NCBI GenBank assembly: GCA_049589635.1
Contig: JBAWBE010000331.1
Location: 1-41,641 of the forward strand
Source of the DNA: Terriglobales bacterium
GTDB lineage: Bacteria; Acidobacteriota; Terriglobia; Terriglobales; Acidobacteriaceae
Direction: 5' to 3'
DNA: 41,641 nucleotides
The notes below the pieces were generated by a model that made no database searches, was not told where the DNA came from, and saw nothing but the letters and a program-made list of their open reading frames with translations. Shown one piece after another: positions 1-8,161 of this stretch (positions are counted from its first letter, which is position 1; each line of letters opens with the position of its first letter). Made by a program: the position numbers and the translations under genes.

Positions 1-75
1 GAGGAAGGCGAAGACGGCGAGCGCGTGGATCGTCAGCCAACGCGAGCCGTTGGTCGGTGGCGCGGAGCCGCTCAT
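1..75 (-). CDS. ABC transporter permease, N-terminal fragment (PotC-like second permease; continues past the window edge)
   Basis: ATG at 75-73 overlaps the TGA stop (74-72) of the upstream permease (ATGA overlap). The reverse-strand frame reads MSGSAPPTNGSRWLTIHALAVFAFL... and is open to position 1. It follows potA/potB-like genes. Confidence 0.6.
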   Translation of the reverse strand, partial: MSGSAPPTNGSRWLTIHALAVFAFL

Positions 76-920
76 GAGAAGCTCCATTTCCTTTCCAGCC
101 GCTCAGAAAAGAAAAGAAGGCCGACGACGATCAACAACATGCAGAACGAAATGGCCGCGCCCAGCGGCCAGTTGTAGGCCGCGCCGAACAGACTGACGAC
201 GATATTCGAAATCATGATGCCGCTGGGGCCGCCTAGGAGTAGGGGCGCGAGAAAATCTCCCAGGCTAAGCACGAAGGCGAAGGTCGCTCCTGCGAGCACT
301 CCTGGAATTGAAAGTGGAAATATTACCCGCCAGAAAGTTTGCGCAGGCGAGGCGCCGAGGTCGTGCGAGGCTTCGACTAGATTTCGTGGAACGTGCTCCA
401 GCGAGGCATAAATCGGCAGGAGGGTGAAGGGCGTGTAAATGTGAGTGAGCGTGAGCACAACCGCAAATGGACTGTAGAGCAGGAAATCAAGCGGGTGCTT
501 TGTGAGATGCGCATACTGCAAAAGTGTATTCAGGACGCCGTCGGTGCCGAGAATCGTCTTCCAGGCGTACGCGCGTACCAGATAGCTCACCCAAAGCGGA
601 ATGATGACGAGTTGGTAGAAGATATCTTTTCTTGCGCCTGCATGGAAGGAGAGGAAGTAGGCAAGCGGGTATCCGAGTAGGAGAGAAAAGAGCGTGACGC
701 GAGTCGCGATCCACATCGAGCGCAGCAGCGTTTGCCAGTAGACGGGTTTGATGAGGAGTTCGCGATAGTTGTCGAAGGTCCACGCGTGGATGATCGCCTG
801 CGACTCAGAGACCGACCAGAAGCTGTAGCAGAACATCAGCAGATACGGCACAAGCAAAAATACCGCAACCCACGTCAGCGGCGGCACGGTGATGGCGATG
901 CGGTAAGCGCGCGAGAACAT
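72..920 (-). CDS. potB: Spermidine/putrescine-type ABC transporter permease
   Basis: 282-aa polytopic membrane ORF with a BPD-transporter permease signature region (SLEHVPRNLVEASHDLGASPAQTFWRVIFPLSIPG). Its start overlaps the potA-like stop. Confidence 0.85.
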   Translation of the reverse strand: MFSRAYRIAITVPPLTWVAVFLLVPYLLMFCYSFWSVSESQAIIHAWTFDNYRELLIKPVYWQTLLRSMWIATRVTLFSLLLGYPLAYFLSFHAGARKDIFYQLVIIPLWVSYLVRAYAWKTILGTDGVLNTLLQYAHLTKHPLDFLLYSPFAVVLTLTHIYTPFTLLPIYASLEHVPRNLVEASHDLGASPAQTFWRVIFPLSIPGVLAGATFAFVLSLGDFLAPLLLGGPSGIMISNIVVSLFGAAYNWPLGAAISFCMLLIVVGLLFFSERLERKWSFS

Positions 921-2068
921 TAGACGCGATCCTCGGAGGGCCGGACGGGAATGGCATCTGCGGCGGAGAACTCAAACTCAAGATTTCTTGCGTCGTCGCT
1001 GGGTGGGCGAGATGAGATCCGCAACGTGAGGATCTGCCCGTCGGCGCACTCGACCCGCCAGAGTTCGTTTGCGCCGTGGAAGACCTGATCGCGCAGCTGC
1101 GCCTTGAAGCGGACGGTTGGACCGTGCGCTGTGGGAAGAGTCGTTGGAAGAGACCCCGATTTGCCGATTCCTACAAGACGAATGCACTCCGGACGTAAAG
1201 AGAAGAGCGCAGGGCCGTCGGGGAGAGAGGTGGGCCATTCGAGCGCGCCGGGATTTGTCTTAGTGACAGTTTTAGCAATGCCTGCGCGCACATCCGCTTT
1301 CAGAAGATTAGTGTGGCCGATAAACTGCGCGGTGTATGCAGTCGCGGGGCGGGAGTAGATTTCGCGCGGGCTGGCAACTTGCTCGAGCTCGCCGGAACGC
1401 AGTAGCGCGATGCGATCAGACATGACCATTGCCTCTTCTTGATCGTGCGTGACGAAGATGAAGGTGATGCCGACCTCGCGTTGCAAGGCCTTGAGCTCCA
1501 CCTGCATCTGCCGCCGCAGATTGGCGTCAAGCGCGGAGAGCGGTTCGTCGAGCAGCAACACGCGCGGACGATTTACGAGCGCGCGGGCGAGTGCAATGCG
1601 TTGCTGCTGGCCGCCACTGATCTTTGAGGGCTTCGCCTTCGCATAGGCAGACATCTTGACTTTGGCGAGTGCCTCCCTCACACGCGATTCGACTTCCGCC
1701 GCCGGGCGTTTTGCGATGCGCAGGCCGTAGCCAACGTTCTCCTCAACCGTCATGTGCGGAAAAAGAGCATAGCTCTGGAAAACAGTGTTTATAGGGCGCC
1801 GGTAAGGTGGCTGCACGTCGAGTTGCTCCCCCGCCATCCAGACTGCTCCGGATGTGGCCTGTTCGAACCCAGCAAGAATGCGAAGCAGCGTGGTTTTGCC
1901 CGAGCCGCTCTCGCCGAGAATGGTCAGGAATTCGCCTTCGGCAATTTCGAGGCTGATGTCGCGAAGGACGATATTCTTGCCGAAATGCTTGGCTACGGCG
2001 CGGAGCGAGAGAAGCGCAGTGCTTGGTGAACTGCCGATTGCGACCGCGGATTCCGTACTGGTTGCCAT
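920..2068 (-). CDS. potA: Spermidine/putrescine-type ABC transporter ATP-binding protein
   Basis: Walker A GESGSGKTT, ABC signature ISGGQQQRIALARAL, Walker B LLLDEPLSALD, H-loop FVTHDQ, and a C-terminal regulatory (TOBE-like) extension. 382 aa. Confidence 0.9.
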   Translation of the reverse strand: MATSTESAVAIGSSPSTALLSLRAVAKHFGKNIVLRDISLEIAEGEFLTILGESGSGKTTLLRILAGFEQATSGAVWMAGEQLDVQPPYRRPINTVFQSYALFPHMTVEENVGYGLRIAKRPAAEVESRVREALAKVKMSAYAKAKPSKISGGQQQRIALARALVNRPRVLLLDEPLSALDANLRRQMQVELKALQREVGITFIFVTHDQEEAMVMSDRIALLRSGELEQVASPREIYSRPATAYTAQFIGHTNLLKADVRAGIAKTVTKTNPGALEWPTSLPDGPALFSLRPECIRLVGIGKSGSLPTTLPTAHGPTVRFKAQLRDQVFHGANELWRVECADGQILTLRISSRPPSDDARNLEFEFSAADAIPVRPSEDRV

Positions 2069-2124
2069 GGCTATCGTTTTGTGGCGCCCGCATTTCGCGG
2101 GCGAGGGCGCCCGCGCTGCACAGG

Positions 2125-3192
2125 CTACTGCGCCGCTTTCACTTCATTCCAGACCTCGTTGTACTTGGCGCGACGCGGCACGTTCTGCCAGAAATAAAGA
2201 CGTTTCTGATAATTATCGACGTCGTCGAGGTGCAGACTTGTAACTTCTTCCGGCGTCATGTACTGCGCTGCATGTGGATTCGCCGGGGTGTAATGGGTGA
2301 TATCGGTGACGGACTTCTGCATCTTGGCCTCGATCATGTATTCCAGGAATTTGTACGCGAGTTCTTTGTTCTCGCTTCCGGCAGTGATCATCAAGTGGTC
2401 GATCCACCCGGTGGTGTTTTCCTTGGGAATGGTCTCGCCAACCGGAAAGTTTTTCTTCTTTAGCTCCACCGTGTTCAGTGGCCAGCCCATTGCGATCACG
2501 ATCTCGTGGTTCTGAAATAAATTCGTTAGCTCGCCGCCGGTTGACCAAATCTTGCGAATGTTAGGCTTCAACTCGATCAGCTTCTTCTTGACCGCGTCCA
2601 GTTCGTCGTCGCTCAGGTTATAAAGATGACCGGGATCGGGCTTGTCGTAGCCCAACACCTGAGCGGCCATGTAGACAGTCGAGAGATCGTCCCACACAGA
2701 AATTTTCTGTTGCAGCTTCGGATCCCACATCACATTCCAGCTATCGGGCGGCTGCGCGAACGCGGTTGTGTCGTAAATCATTGGGTCCGGGCCCCACATG
2801 AACGGCACGCCAAAAACATCGCCTTTTACGCGCACCAGCGGCAGGGAAGTGAGCTGCGGCGAAAGCTGGCTATAGCTCGGCAGTTTGCCAAGATCAAGCG
2901 GAGCGGCGAGGCCTGAAGTTGCGATCATGGTCGCAACGTCGCTCGAAGGAGAAATTACATCGTAAGTTCCCGCGCTCCCGCCGCGAAGCTTCGCGACCAG
3001 TTCGTCGCTCGATCCCATGTATGAAGCCGAAACTTTGCAGTGGTTCTGCTCCTCGAAAGCCTTGACGTAAGCAGGATCGGCGTAGCCTTCCCAGACGAGC
3101 AGGTTCAGGGTAGGCGTTTTTTTCGCGCACGATCCGCAGAACAACACGACCAAGGCCAGCAGCAGAACGAATGCGGTTCGTCGCAATGTCAT
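2125..3192 (-). CDS. potD: Polyamine (spermidine/putrescine) ABC transporter periplasmic substrate-binding protein, PotD/PotF family
   Basis: 355 aa. N-terminal signal peptide MTLRRTAFVLLLALVVLFCGSC. PotD/F-like motifs (LNLLVWEGYADP, YDVISPSSD). GGAGAA Shine-Dalgarno upstream. Sits directly upstream of potA/B. Confidence 0.85.
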   Translation of the reverse strand: MTLRRTAFVLLLALVVLFCGSCAKKTPTLNLLVWEGYADPAYVKAFEEQNHCKVSASYMGSSDELVAKLRGGSAGTYDVISPSSDVATMIATSGLAAPLDLGKLPSYSQLSPQLTSLPLVRVKGDVFGVPFMWGPDPMIYDTTAFAQPPDSWNVMWDPKLQQKISVWDDLSTVYMAAQVLGYDKPDPGHLYNLSDDELDAVKKKLIELKPNIRKIWSTGGELTNLFQNHEIVIAMGWPLNTVELKKKNFPVGETIPKENTTGWIDHLMITAGSENKELAYKFLEYMIEAKMQKSVTDITHYTPANPHAAQYMTPEEVTSLHLDDVDNYQKRLYFWQNVPRRAKYNEVWNEVKAAQ

Positions 3193-3250
3193 CTAGTTTC
3201 TCCAACTAGCGTTTTTTGAATCACGCAAATTCGTAACTCGGCCGCGTGCT

Positions 3251-4048
3251 TCAGAATGTAGGCGGCGTGTTCACCCACAACAGCCACGTCTCTCCGGGCC
3301 CTGGATTCGTCCAGCGATGCGGCGTGGCGCTTTCGAAATAAAAGCTGTCGCCGCGTTTTAAATCGTACTCTTCATCGGCGAGCGCGATCTTGAGTTCTCC
3401 CCGCAAAACAAAAAGAAACTCTTCGCCTTCATGCATGTAGGCTTCGCCGCTTCCCGCATGAGGCTTGATGCGAAAAAGATGTGGCTCCATCGCGGTATTT
3501 CCCCACGCGAGCAGTTCCATGCGCACTCCTGGTCCAGCCTCCAACACCTTGCGCCGCGCTGGACGCACCAGTCGCGGGTTGGCTTCGGCCGGATCGAAAA
3601 ACTCAAGAATGTTGGTGCGATAAAAGCGCGCGAGCCTGCGAAGCGTGCCGACCGAGGCGGTCATCTGCGAGCGTTCAATTGCACTCAGAAAGCCCACGGA
3701 AATTCCGGCGGCGATCGCAACGTCGGCAAGGTTTAAATCTCGCTTCCCGCGCATTTGGCGCAGGCGCGGCCCGATCCCGGCAGTCGGACCATTAGCGGAT
3801 GGTTTGATGGCACCTTCGCGCTTCAGCATTTCGACGATGGCCGCAGCGTTCAAGCCGCGCACCTTGCGCAGATAGCGCGCCTTCTTCAGCAAGCGCACAT
3901 CTTCATTTGTGTAGAGGCGATAGCGGCCCTGGCTGCGCTGCGGCCGCATGAGTCCTAGACTCTCCCAGCCGCGAATCGCCGAGGCCGAGATGCCGACGAG
4001 TCGCGCCACGTCGCCGATTTTGAGATAGTCTTGCGCTCCGCTCGACAT
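3251..4048 (-). CDS. Transcriptional regulator with three fused domains: MerR-type HTH, XRE-type HTH and C-terminal cupin (PuuR-like core with an extra MerR domain)
   Basis: N-terminus IGDVARLVGISASAIRGWESLGLMRPQRSQGRYRLYTNEDVRLL matches the MerR HTH pattern. Middle LRQMRGKRDLNLADVAIAAGISVGFLSAIERSQ matches XRE/HTH_3. C-terminus HEGEEFLFVLRGELKI...GDSFYFESATPHRWTN matches cupin_2. Confidence 0.85.
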   Translation of the reverse strand: MSSGAQDYLKIGDVARLVGISASAIRGWESLGLMRPQRSQGRYRLYTNEDVRLLKKARYLRKVRGLNAAAIVEMLKREGAIKPSANGPTAGIGPRLRQMRGKRDLNLADVAIAAGISVGFLSAIERSQMTASVGTLRRLARFYRTNILEFFDPAEANPRLVRPARRKVLEAGPGVRMELLAWGNTAMEPHLFRIKPHAGSGEAYMHEGEEFLFVLRGELKIALADEEYDLKRGDSFYFESATPHRWTNPGPGETWLLWVNTPPTF

Positions 4049-4092
4049 GAGTTCGAATGTGCCTGTTGACTGCGGTCCGGGAGCCGAGCTTT

Positions 4093-4128
4093 TTCGGAAA
4101 CTGCTTCCGAACTTTTTTCCGAACTTTT
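4093..4128. promoter_or_regulatory. Candidate operator repeats: TTCGGAA (4093-4099) inverted to TTCCGAA, followed by two perfect tandem 12-mers TTCCGAACTTTT (4105-4116, 4117-4128)
   Basis: Read directly from the divergent intergenic region between the regulator and the TonB receptor gene. Confidence 0.5.
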
Positions 4129-4132
4129 CCGC

Positions 4133-4161
4133 TTGACAGATGGCCGGAGAGTCTCTAACCT
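4133..4161 (+). promoter_or_regulatory. Candidate sigma70 promoter for the TonB-receptor operon: TTGACA (4133-4138), 17-nt spacer, TAACCT (4156-4161)
   Basis: Perfect -35 hexamer. The -10 keeps T1, A2 and T6. About 90 nt upstream of the ATG at 4254. Confidence 0.4.
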
Positions 4162-4181
4162 TGCGCGATTATAGCAAGGTT
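4157..4181. promoter_or_regulatory. Perfect 8-bp inverted repeat AACCTTGC-N9-GCAAGGTT, a candidate operator; the spacer reads TATAAT on the minus strand
   Basis: Arms at 4157-4164 and 4174-4181. It overlaps the plus-strand -10 and encloses a consensus minus-strand -10 (4173-4168), with TTGTGA (4195-4190) 16 nt upstream. Confidence 0.55.
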
Positions 4182-4253
4182 TGCGTTTCTCACAAGCTCC
4201 AAAAACGAGCGTGAAAATTTCGGATCTGCCCCCGAGATCTGGAGGATTTGTTT

Positions 4254-7200
4254 ATGCCGCAGTCGCGAGCGTTCCGGTTGACCCGTTGCCTGGCTGTCGT
4301 GTTTCTGGCTATCGCCTGCCTTTGCTTGATGTGTTCCACGCTGCTTGCACAGGGTACGGGAGGCCGCATCATCGGCCGCGTGGCCGACTCCAGCGGCGCA
4401 GTCCTGGCGAATGTGAAAGTGACGCTCGCCAACGAATCGACCGGGATCACGCGCGAGTCGCAGACCAACGGTAGCGGCGACTACGGCTTTCCGGAAGTTC
4501 CAGTCGGCACCTACACGTTGACCTTCGATCTGCAAGGCTTCAAGACGAGTGTGGGGAAGGCAATTACCGTCGAGCTGAACCAGATTGTTACGTTCAACTC
4601 CACCCTTCAGATCGGCGAGACTAAAGAGGTAGTTGAAGTCAGTTCAGAGGCGCCGCTGGTCGATACCACCAGCACGCAGCTTGGCGCTGTCATGGACAAT
4701 CGTCAGGTCCAGAACTTGCCGCTGAATTCTCGCGACACCTATCAGCTTCTACAACTGCAGCCGGGTGTGATGTCCACCGTCGGATCAAGCAACAGTCTCG
4801 TTTACGGAAGCGATAGCCCGGGCGCAGTCTCAGTGAACGGTGGCCGCGGTCGTTCCAACAACTTCAGCGTCAATGGTGGGGACGCCAACGATCTCTTCGC
4901 AAATTTGCCCACAGTGCAGCCGTCGCCGGACAGCATTCAGGAATTTCGCGTTATCACCAACACTTTCGACGCCGAGTATGGGCGCAACTCCGGCTCTGTC
5001 GTCAACGTGGTTACGAAGTCTGGTACCAACGACCTGCACGGAAGTCTTTACGAGTTTTTCCGCAACAAGGTACTTAACGCGAACGATTACTGCCTCACTG
5101 CTGCCTCGCCGGAAGATCTTCCTTGCTCGAAGCCACAATTTAATCAGAACCAGTTTGGTGGCACGCTGGGTGGCCCCATCATCAAGAACCGAACTTTCTT
5201 CTTCGCCAGTTATGAGGGCCGGCGTATTCGGCAGGGCATCCTCTCGCCAGCCGTGACTGTTCCCTCTGCTTCCGAGCGACCGAGTGCCACACAACCTTAT
5301 GCGGACTTCAGCGATATTGGTGGCTTTGATACTCAGAATCCGACTATGCAAACGGGACTCCTCAACAACCCGCAGCTGTTGGATAACCGGCCAGGGTGTG
5401 ACCAGGCAGTGGGCTATCCCGGCGGTATTCCCGCTGGTATTAAATACACCTCTTTATTTGCGAACAGCCAGATTCCGTTGGCTTGCCTGGATCCTACGGC
5501 CGTCGATCTTCTCCAATTTGTTCCGACACCACCGAATGGCGGGAGTTTGATCAGCACTGTGCCGACCGAGGCGGTACGTGGCGACAACTTCACGGCTAAA
5601 ATTGATCACCGCTTGAATGACAAGCAAAACCTGAGCATTTATTACTATTTCAACGATGATCGTACGAACAACCCATTTGCCACCTTCGAACTGGCCGGCG
5701 CCGACCTCCCTGGTTTCGGAGGCATAACGGCGGAGCGTTTCCAGCAGTACAACATTGCGCATACCTGGACAATCAATAACACCACCGTCAACGAGTTCCG
5801 TTTTAACTACAATCGTGAAGGCCAGGAAACCTTCCTGCACCCCGCCAACACCGAACTCGTGCAGAATTCCTGCCCGCCGCCTCCTTCATGGCTTACGGCT
5901 ACCGTGCCCTGTTTTTATGGCGACGGATCCACGGATTCCAACGGTAGCCTTTATGGCATTCATCCGGGCCTGAACGCGAGCCGCGAAGGTTTGCCGTTCA
6001 TCGCGATTTCGGGAGGGTTTTCGATTGGCAACAACTGGGAAGGTGAGCTTCCACAGGCAGGGAACTCTTTCCAGTGGTCGGATAGTTTGTCTAAGATATC
6101 GGGAAACCACACCTTCAAATTTGGAGCGGACGTTCGCCGGCAGCAGTTTAATCAATTTTATTACTTCAACATAAACGGCGAGTTCACCTACTTCGGCGGT
6201 GGACCGAACGATACCAATGCGGCCAATCTTTTCCCAAATTACCTTTTGGGTCTTCCGGATACGTTCGGCGAAGGTTCGCCGCAAAATGAAGAGATTCGCA
6301 ACACCGGACTCTATTTGTACGCCCAAGACAGCTGGAAGATCAGGCCGAATCTTACCTTGAACTATGGTTTCCGATGGGAATTGAATACGCCGCTCGCGGA
6401 CAGGGCCCAGCATGTACAGACTTTCCGGCCTGGCCAATCGTCTACGATCTACCCTTGCGGAGGTCCCAATACCGATTGCACGTCACAGGATGCGATCGGG
6501 TTGGTCGTGCCCGGAGATTCCGGTGTGCCCGCCGGTCTGACCACAACCTATTACAAGGCCTTCGCTCCCCGCATCGGAATTGCCTGGAGTCCCGGCACCT
6601 CCGGCAAAACCAGCATTCGCGCGGGATGGGGACTTTTTTATAACCCGATCGAGCAGCTTGTGCTCGCGCAGTTTGGTGCCGAGCCGCCGTTTGGAGGAAG
6701 CAGCGTCGTCTCCGAGACGCAATTCAATCTTCCCTTTGCGGGTCAGGACTACAACACAGCCACGCAAATGGGTACCACCTACCTCAACCCGTTTAACGGA
6801 GTTCTGAACGCGCCGCGGGGTAACGCTCAGGATTGGGCGAGATTCGAGCCGATCATTCTCTACGGAGATTTTCAGCCGCATCTGCGGGCGCAGTATTCCG
6901 CGCAGTACAACCTTGGATTCGAGCGCCAGTTAACGCCAGACATGAAATTGTCGGTCGGTTACGTGGGATCGCAAGGGCATCGCTTGCTGGCGACGCATGA
7001 CGTCAATTACTCGAATCCGCAAACATGTCTCGATATCGGCAACATTGCGGCTGCAAATCCCGCATACGTCACCGACGGCTTCGGCGATCAGGTAACATGC
7101 GGGCAGTTTACCGAGGATGCTCCTTTCATCATCACCCCCGGAACAGTCCTGCCCGTGGATTTGCACCTTCCTTATGCCCAGAACAGCTCTGTGATTCCAG

Positions 7201-8069
7201 CGGGAACCACAGTCGGTGCAAACGGAATTACTCTCGTCGGTTTGCGGCCGTACTCCTCGCCGCAATGCGACCCGATGACCGGTTCCGGTTGTCCCACCGC
7301 CACCGGCGTTCCGGTCTTCACCAGCGTCTTCGCCCAGGACACGATCGCCAGCTCCGCCTACAATTCCCTACAAGCTTCGTTGGATAAGCGCTTCGCTCAC
7401 GGACTCCAATTCACTGCAGCTTATACTTACAGCAAATCCATCGACGAGGCCTCCAGCTTCGAAGGGATACTCAATCCTCTGCCGGGCGCAAATAACTTCG
7501 CTCGCTCGCTGTTTGACGCGCGCCACCGCTTCGTTATCAGTTATTTCTGGGATCTGCCCATCAGAAAATACAGCGGTTTTGCCGGGAAATTACTGAATGA
7601 TTGGGCCGTTTCTGGTATCACAACCTATCAGACGGGATTTCCGATTCGAATCACTTCGTCGTCGGACAACGAGTTGATGAACAGCTTCGACTTCGAATTG
7701 CCGGGTGAGCCGAACCAAGTTGCGCCATTTCACTGGCAAAGACCGCAAAGCAACGGGAACTACTACTTCAACAACCCTACCAATCAGGATGGGATTTTCA
7801 CGGAGTCAGGCGTGTTCGGTTACGTAGGAAGTGCTCCGCGCACGATTTGTTGCGGGCCCGGGATCAGCGATACCGATTTCGTTGTTATGAAGAACATTGC
7901 CGTCAACGAGCGCACCCATTTTGAATTTCGCGGAGAGGTGTTTAACATCTTTAACCATACGCAGTTCTTTAATCCGGACGGCAACAGCACCGACGGAGCG
8001 CAATTTGGCCAGGTGACGGAGGTCAAGGATCCGCGGCTGTTACAATTTGCTTTGAAGTTTTACTTCTGA
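4254..8069 (+). CDS. TonB-dependent outer-membrane receptor with N-terminal carboxypeptidase-regulatory-like domain (Oar-like)
   Basis: Signal peptide. GRIIGRVADSSGAVLANVKVTLANESTGITRESQTNGSGDYGFPEVPVGTYTLTF is CarboxypepD_reg-like. Plug-like region (LPLNSRDTYQLLQLQPGV). Long beta-rich barrel ending in an aromatic C-terminus ...LKFYF. GGAGGA lies 8 nt before the ATG at 4254 (the track starts at TTG 4248). Confidence 0.9.
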   Translation: MPQSRAFRLTRCLAVVFLAIACLCLMCSTLLAQGTGGRIIGRVADSSGAVLANVKVTLANESTGITRESQTNGSGDYGFPEVPVGTYTLTFDLQGFKTSVGKAITVELNQIVTFNSTLQIGETKEVVEVSSEAPLVDTTSTQLGAVMDNRQVQNLPLNSRDTYQLLQLQPGVMSTVGSSNSLVYGSDSPGAVSVNGGRGRSNNFSVNGGDANDLFANLPTVQPSPDSIQEFRVITNTFDAEYGRNSGSVVNVVTKSGTNDLHGSLYEFFRNKVLNANDYCLTAASPEDLPCSKPQFNQNQFGGTLGGPIIKNRTFFFASYEGRRIRQGILSPAVTVPSASERPSATQPYADFSDIGGFDTQNPTMQTGLLNNPQLLDNRPGCDQAVGYPGGIPAGIKYTSLFANSQIPLACLDPTAVDLLQFVPTPPNGGSLISTVPTEAVRGDNFTAKIDHRLNDKQNLSIYYYFNDDRTNNPFATFELAGADLPGFGGITAERFQQYNIAHTWTINNTTVNEFRFNYNREGQETFLHPANTELVQNSCPPPPSWLTATVPCFYGDGSTDSNGSLYGIHPGLNASREGLPFIAISGGFSIGNNWEGELPQAGNSFQWSDSLSKISGNHTFKFGADVRRQQFNQFYYFNINGEFTYFGGGPNDTNAANLFPNYLLGLPDTFGEGSPQNEEIRNTGLYLYAQDSWKIRPNLTLNYGFRWELNTPLADRAQHVQTFRPGQSSTIYPCGGPNTDCTSQDAIGLVVPGDSGVPAGLTTTYYKAFAPRIGIAWSPGTSGKTSIRAGWGLFYNPIEQLVLAQFGAEPPFGGSSVVSETQFNLPFAGQDYNTATQMGTTYLNPFNGVLNAPRGNAQDWARFEPIILYGDFQPHLRAQYSAQYNLGFERQLTPDMKLSVGYVGSQGHRLLATHDVNYSNPQTCLDIGNIAAANPAYVTDGFGDQVTCGQFTEDAPFIITPGTVLPVDLHLPYAQNSSVIPAGTTVGANGITLVGLRPYSSPQCDPMTGSGCPTATGVPVFTSVFAQDTIASSAYNSLQASLDKRFAHGLQFTAAYTYSKSIDEASSFEGILNPLPGANNFARSLFDARHRFVISYFWDLPIRKYSGFAGKLLNDWAVSGITTYQTGFPIRITSSSDNELMNSFDFELPGEPNQVAPFHWQRPQSNGNYYFNNPTNQDGIFTESGVFGYVGSAPRTICCGPGISDTDFVVMKNIAVNERTHFEFRGEVFNIFNHTQFFNPDGNSTDGAQFGQVTEVKDPRLLQFALKFYF

Positions 8070-8081
8070 TTTTGTCCGAAA

Positions 8082-8104
8082 CCGGGCGGTTACGGCCGCC
8101 CCGG
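8082..8104 (+). other. GC-rich hairpin downstream of the receptor gene, without a U-tract
   Basis: GGGCGG (8084-8089), loop TTACGG, CCGCCC (8096-8101), plus 2 more pairs after a bulge. No T-run follows, so it is not a canonical intrinsic terminator. Confidence 0.3.
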
Positions 8105-8161
8105 CCCAATCTAATGGCCCATCCTCTAGCGGATCCGGCCTGAGCATTTTTGGAGATCACG

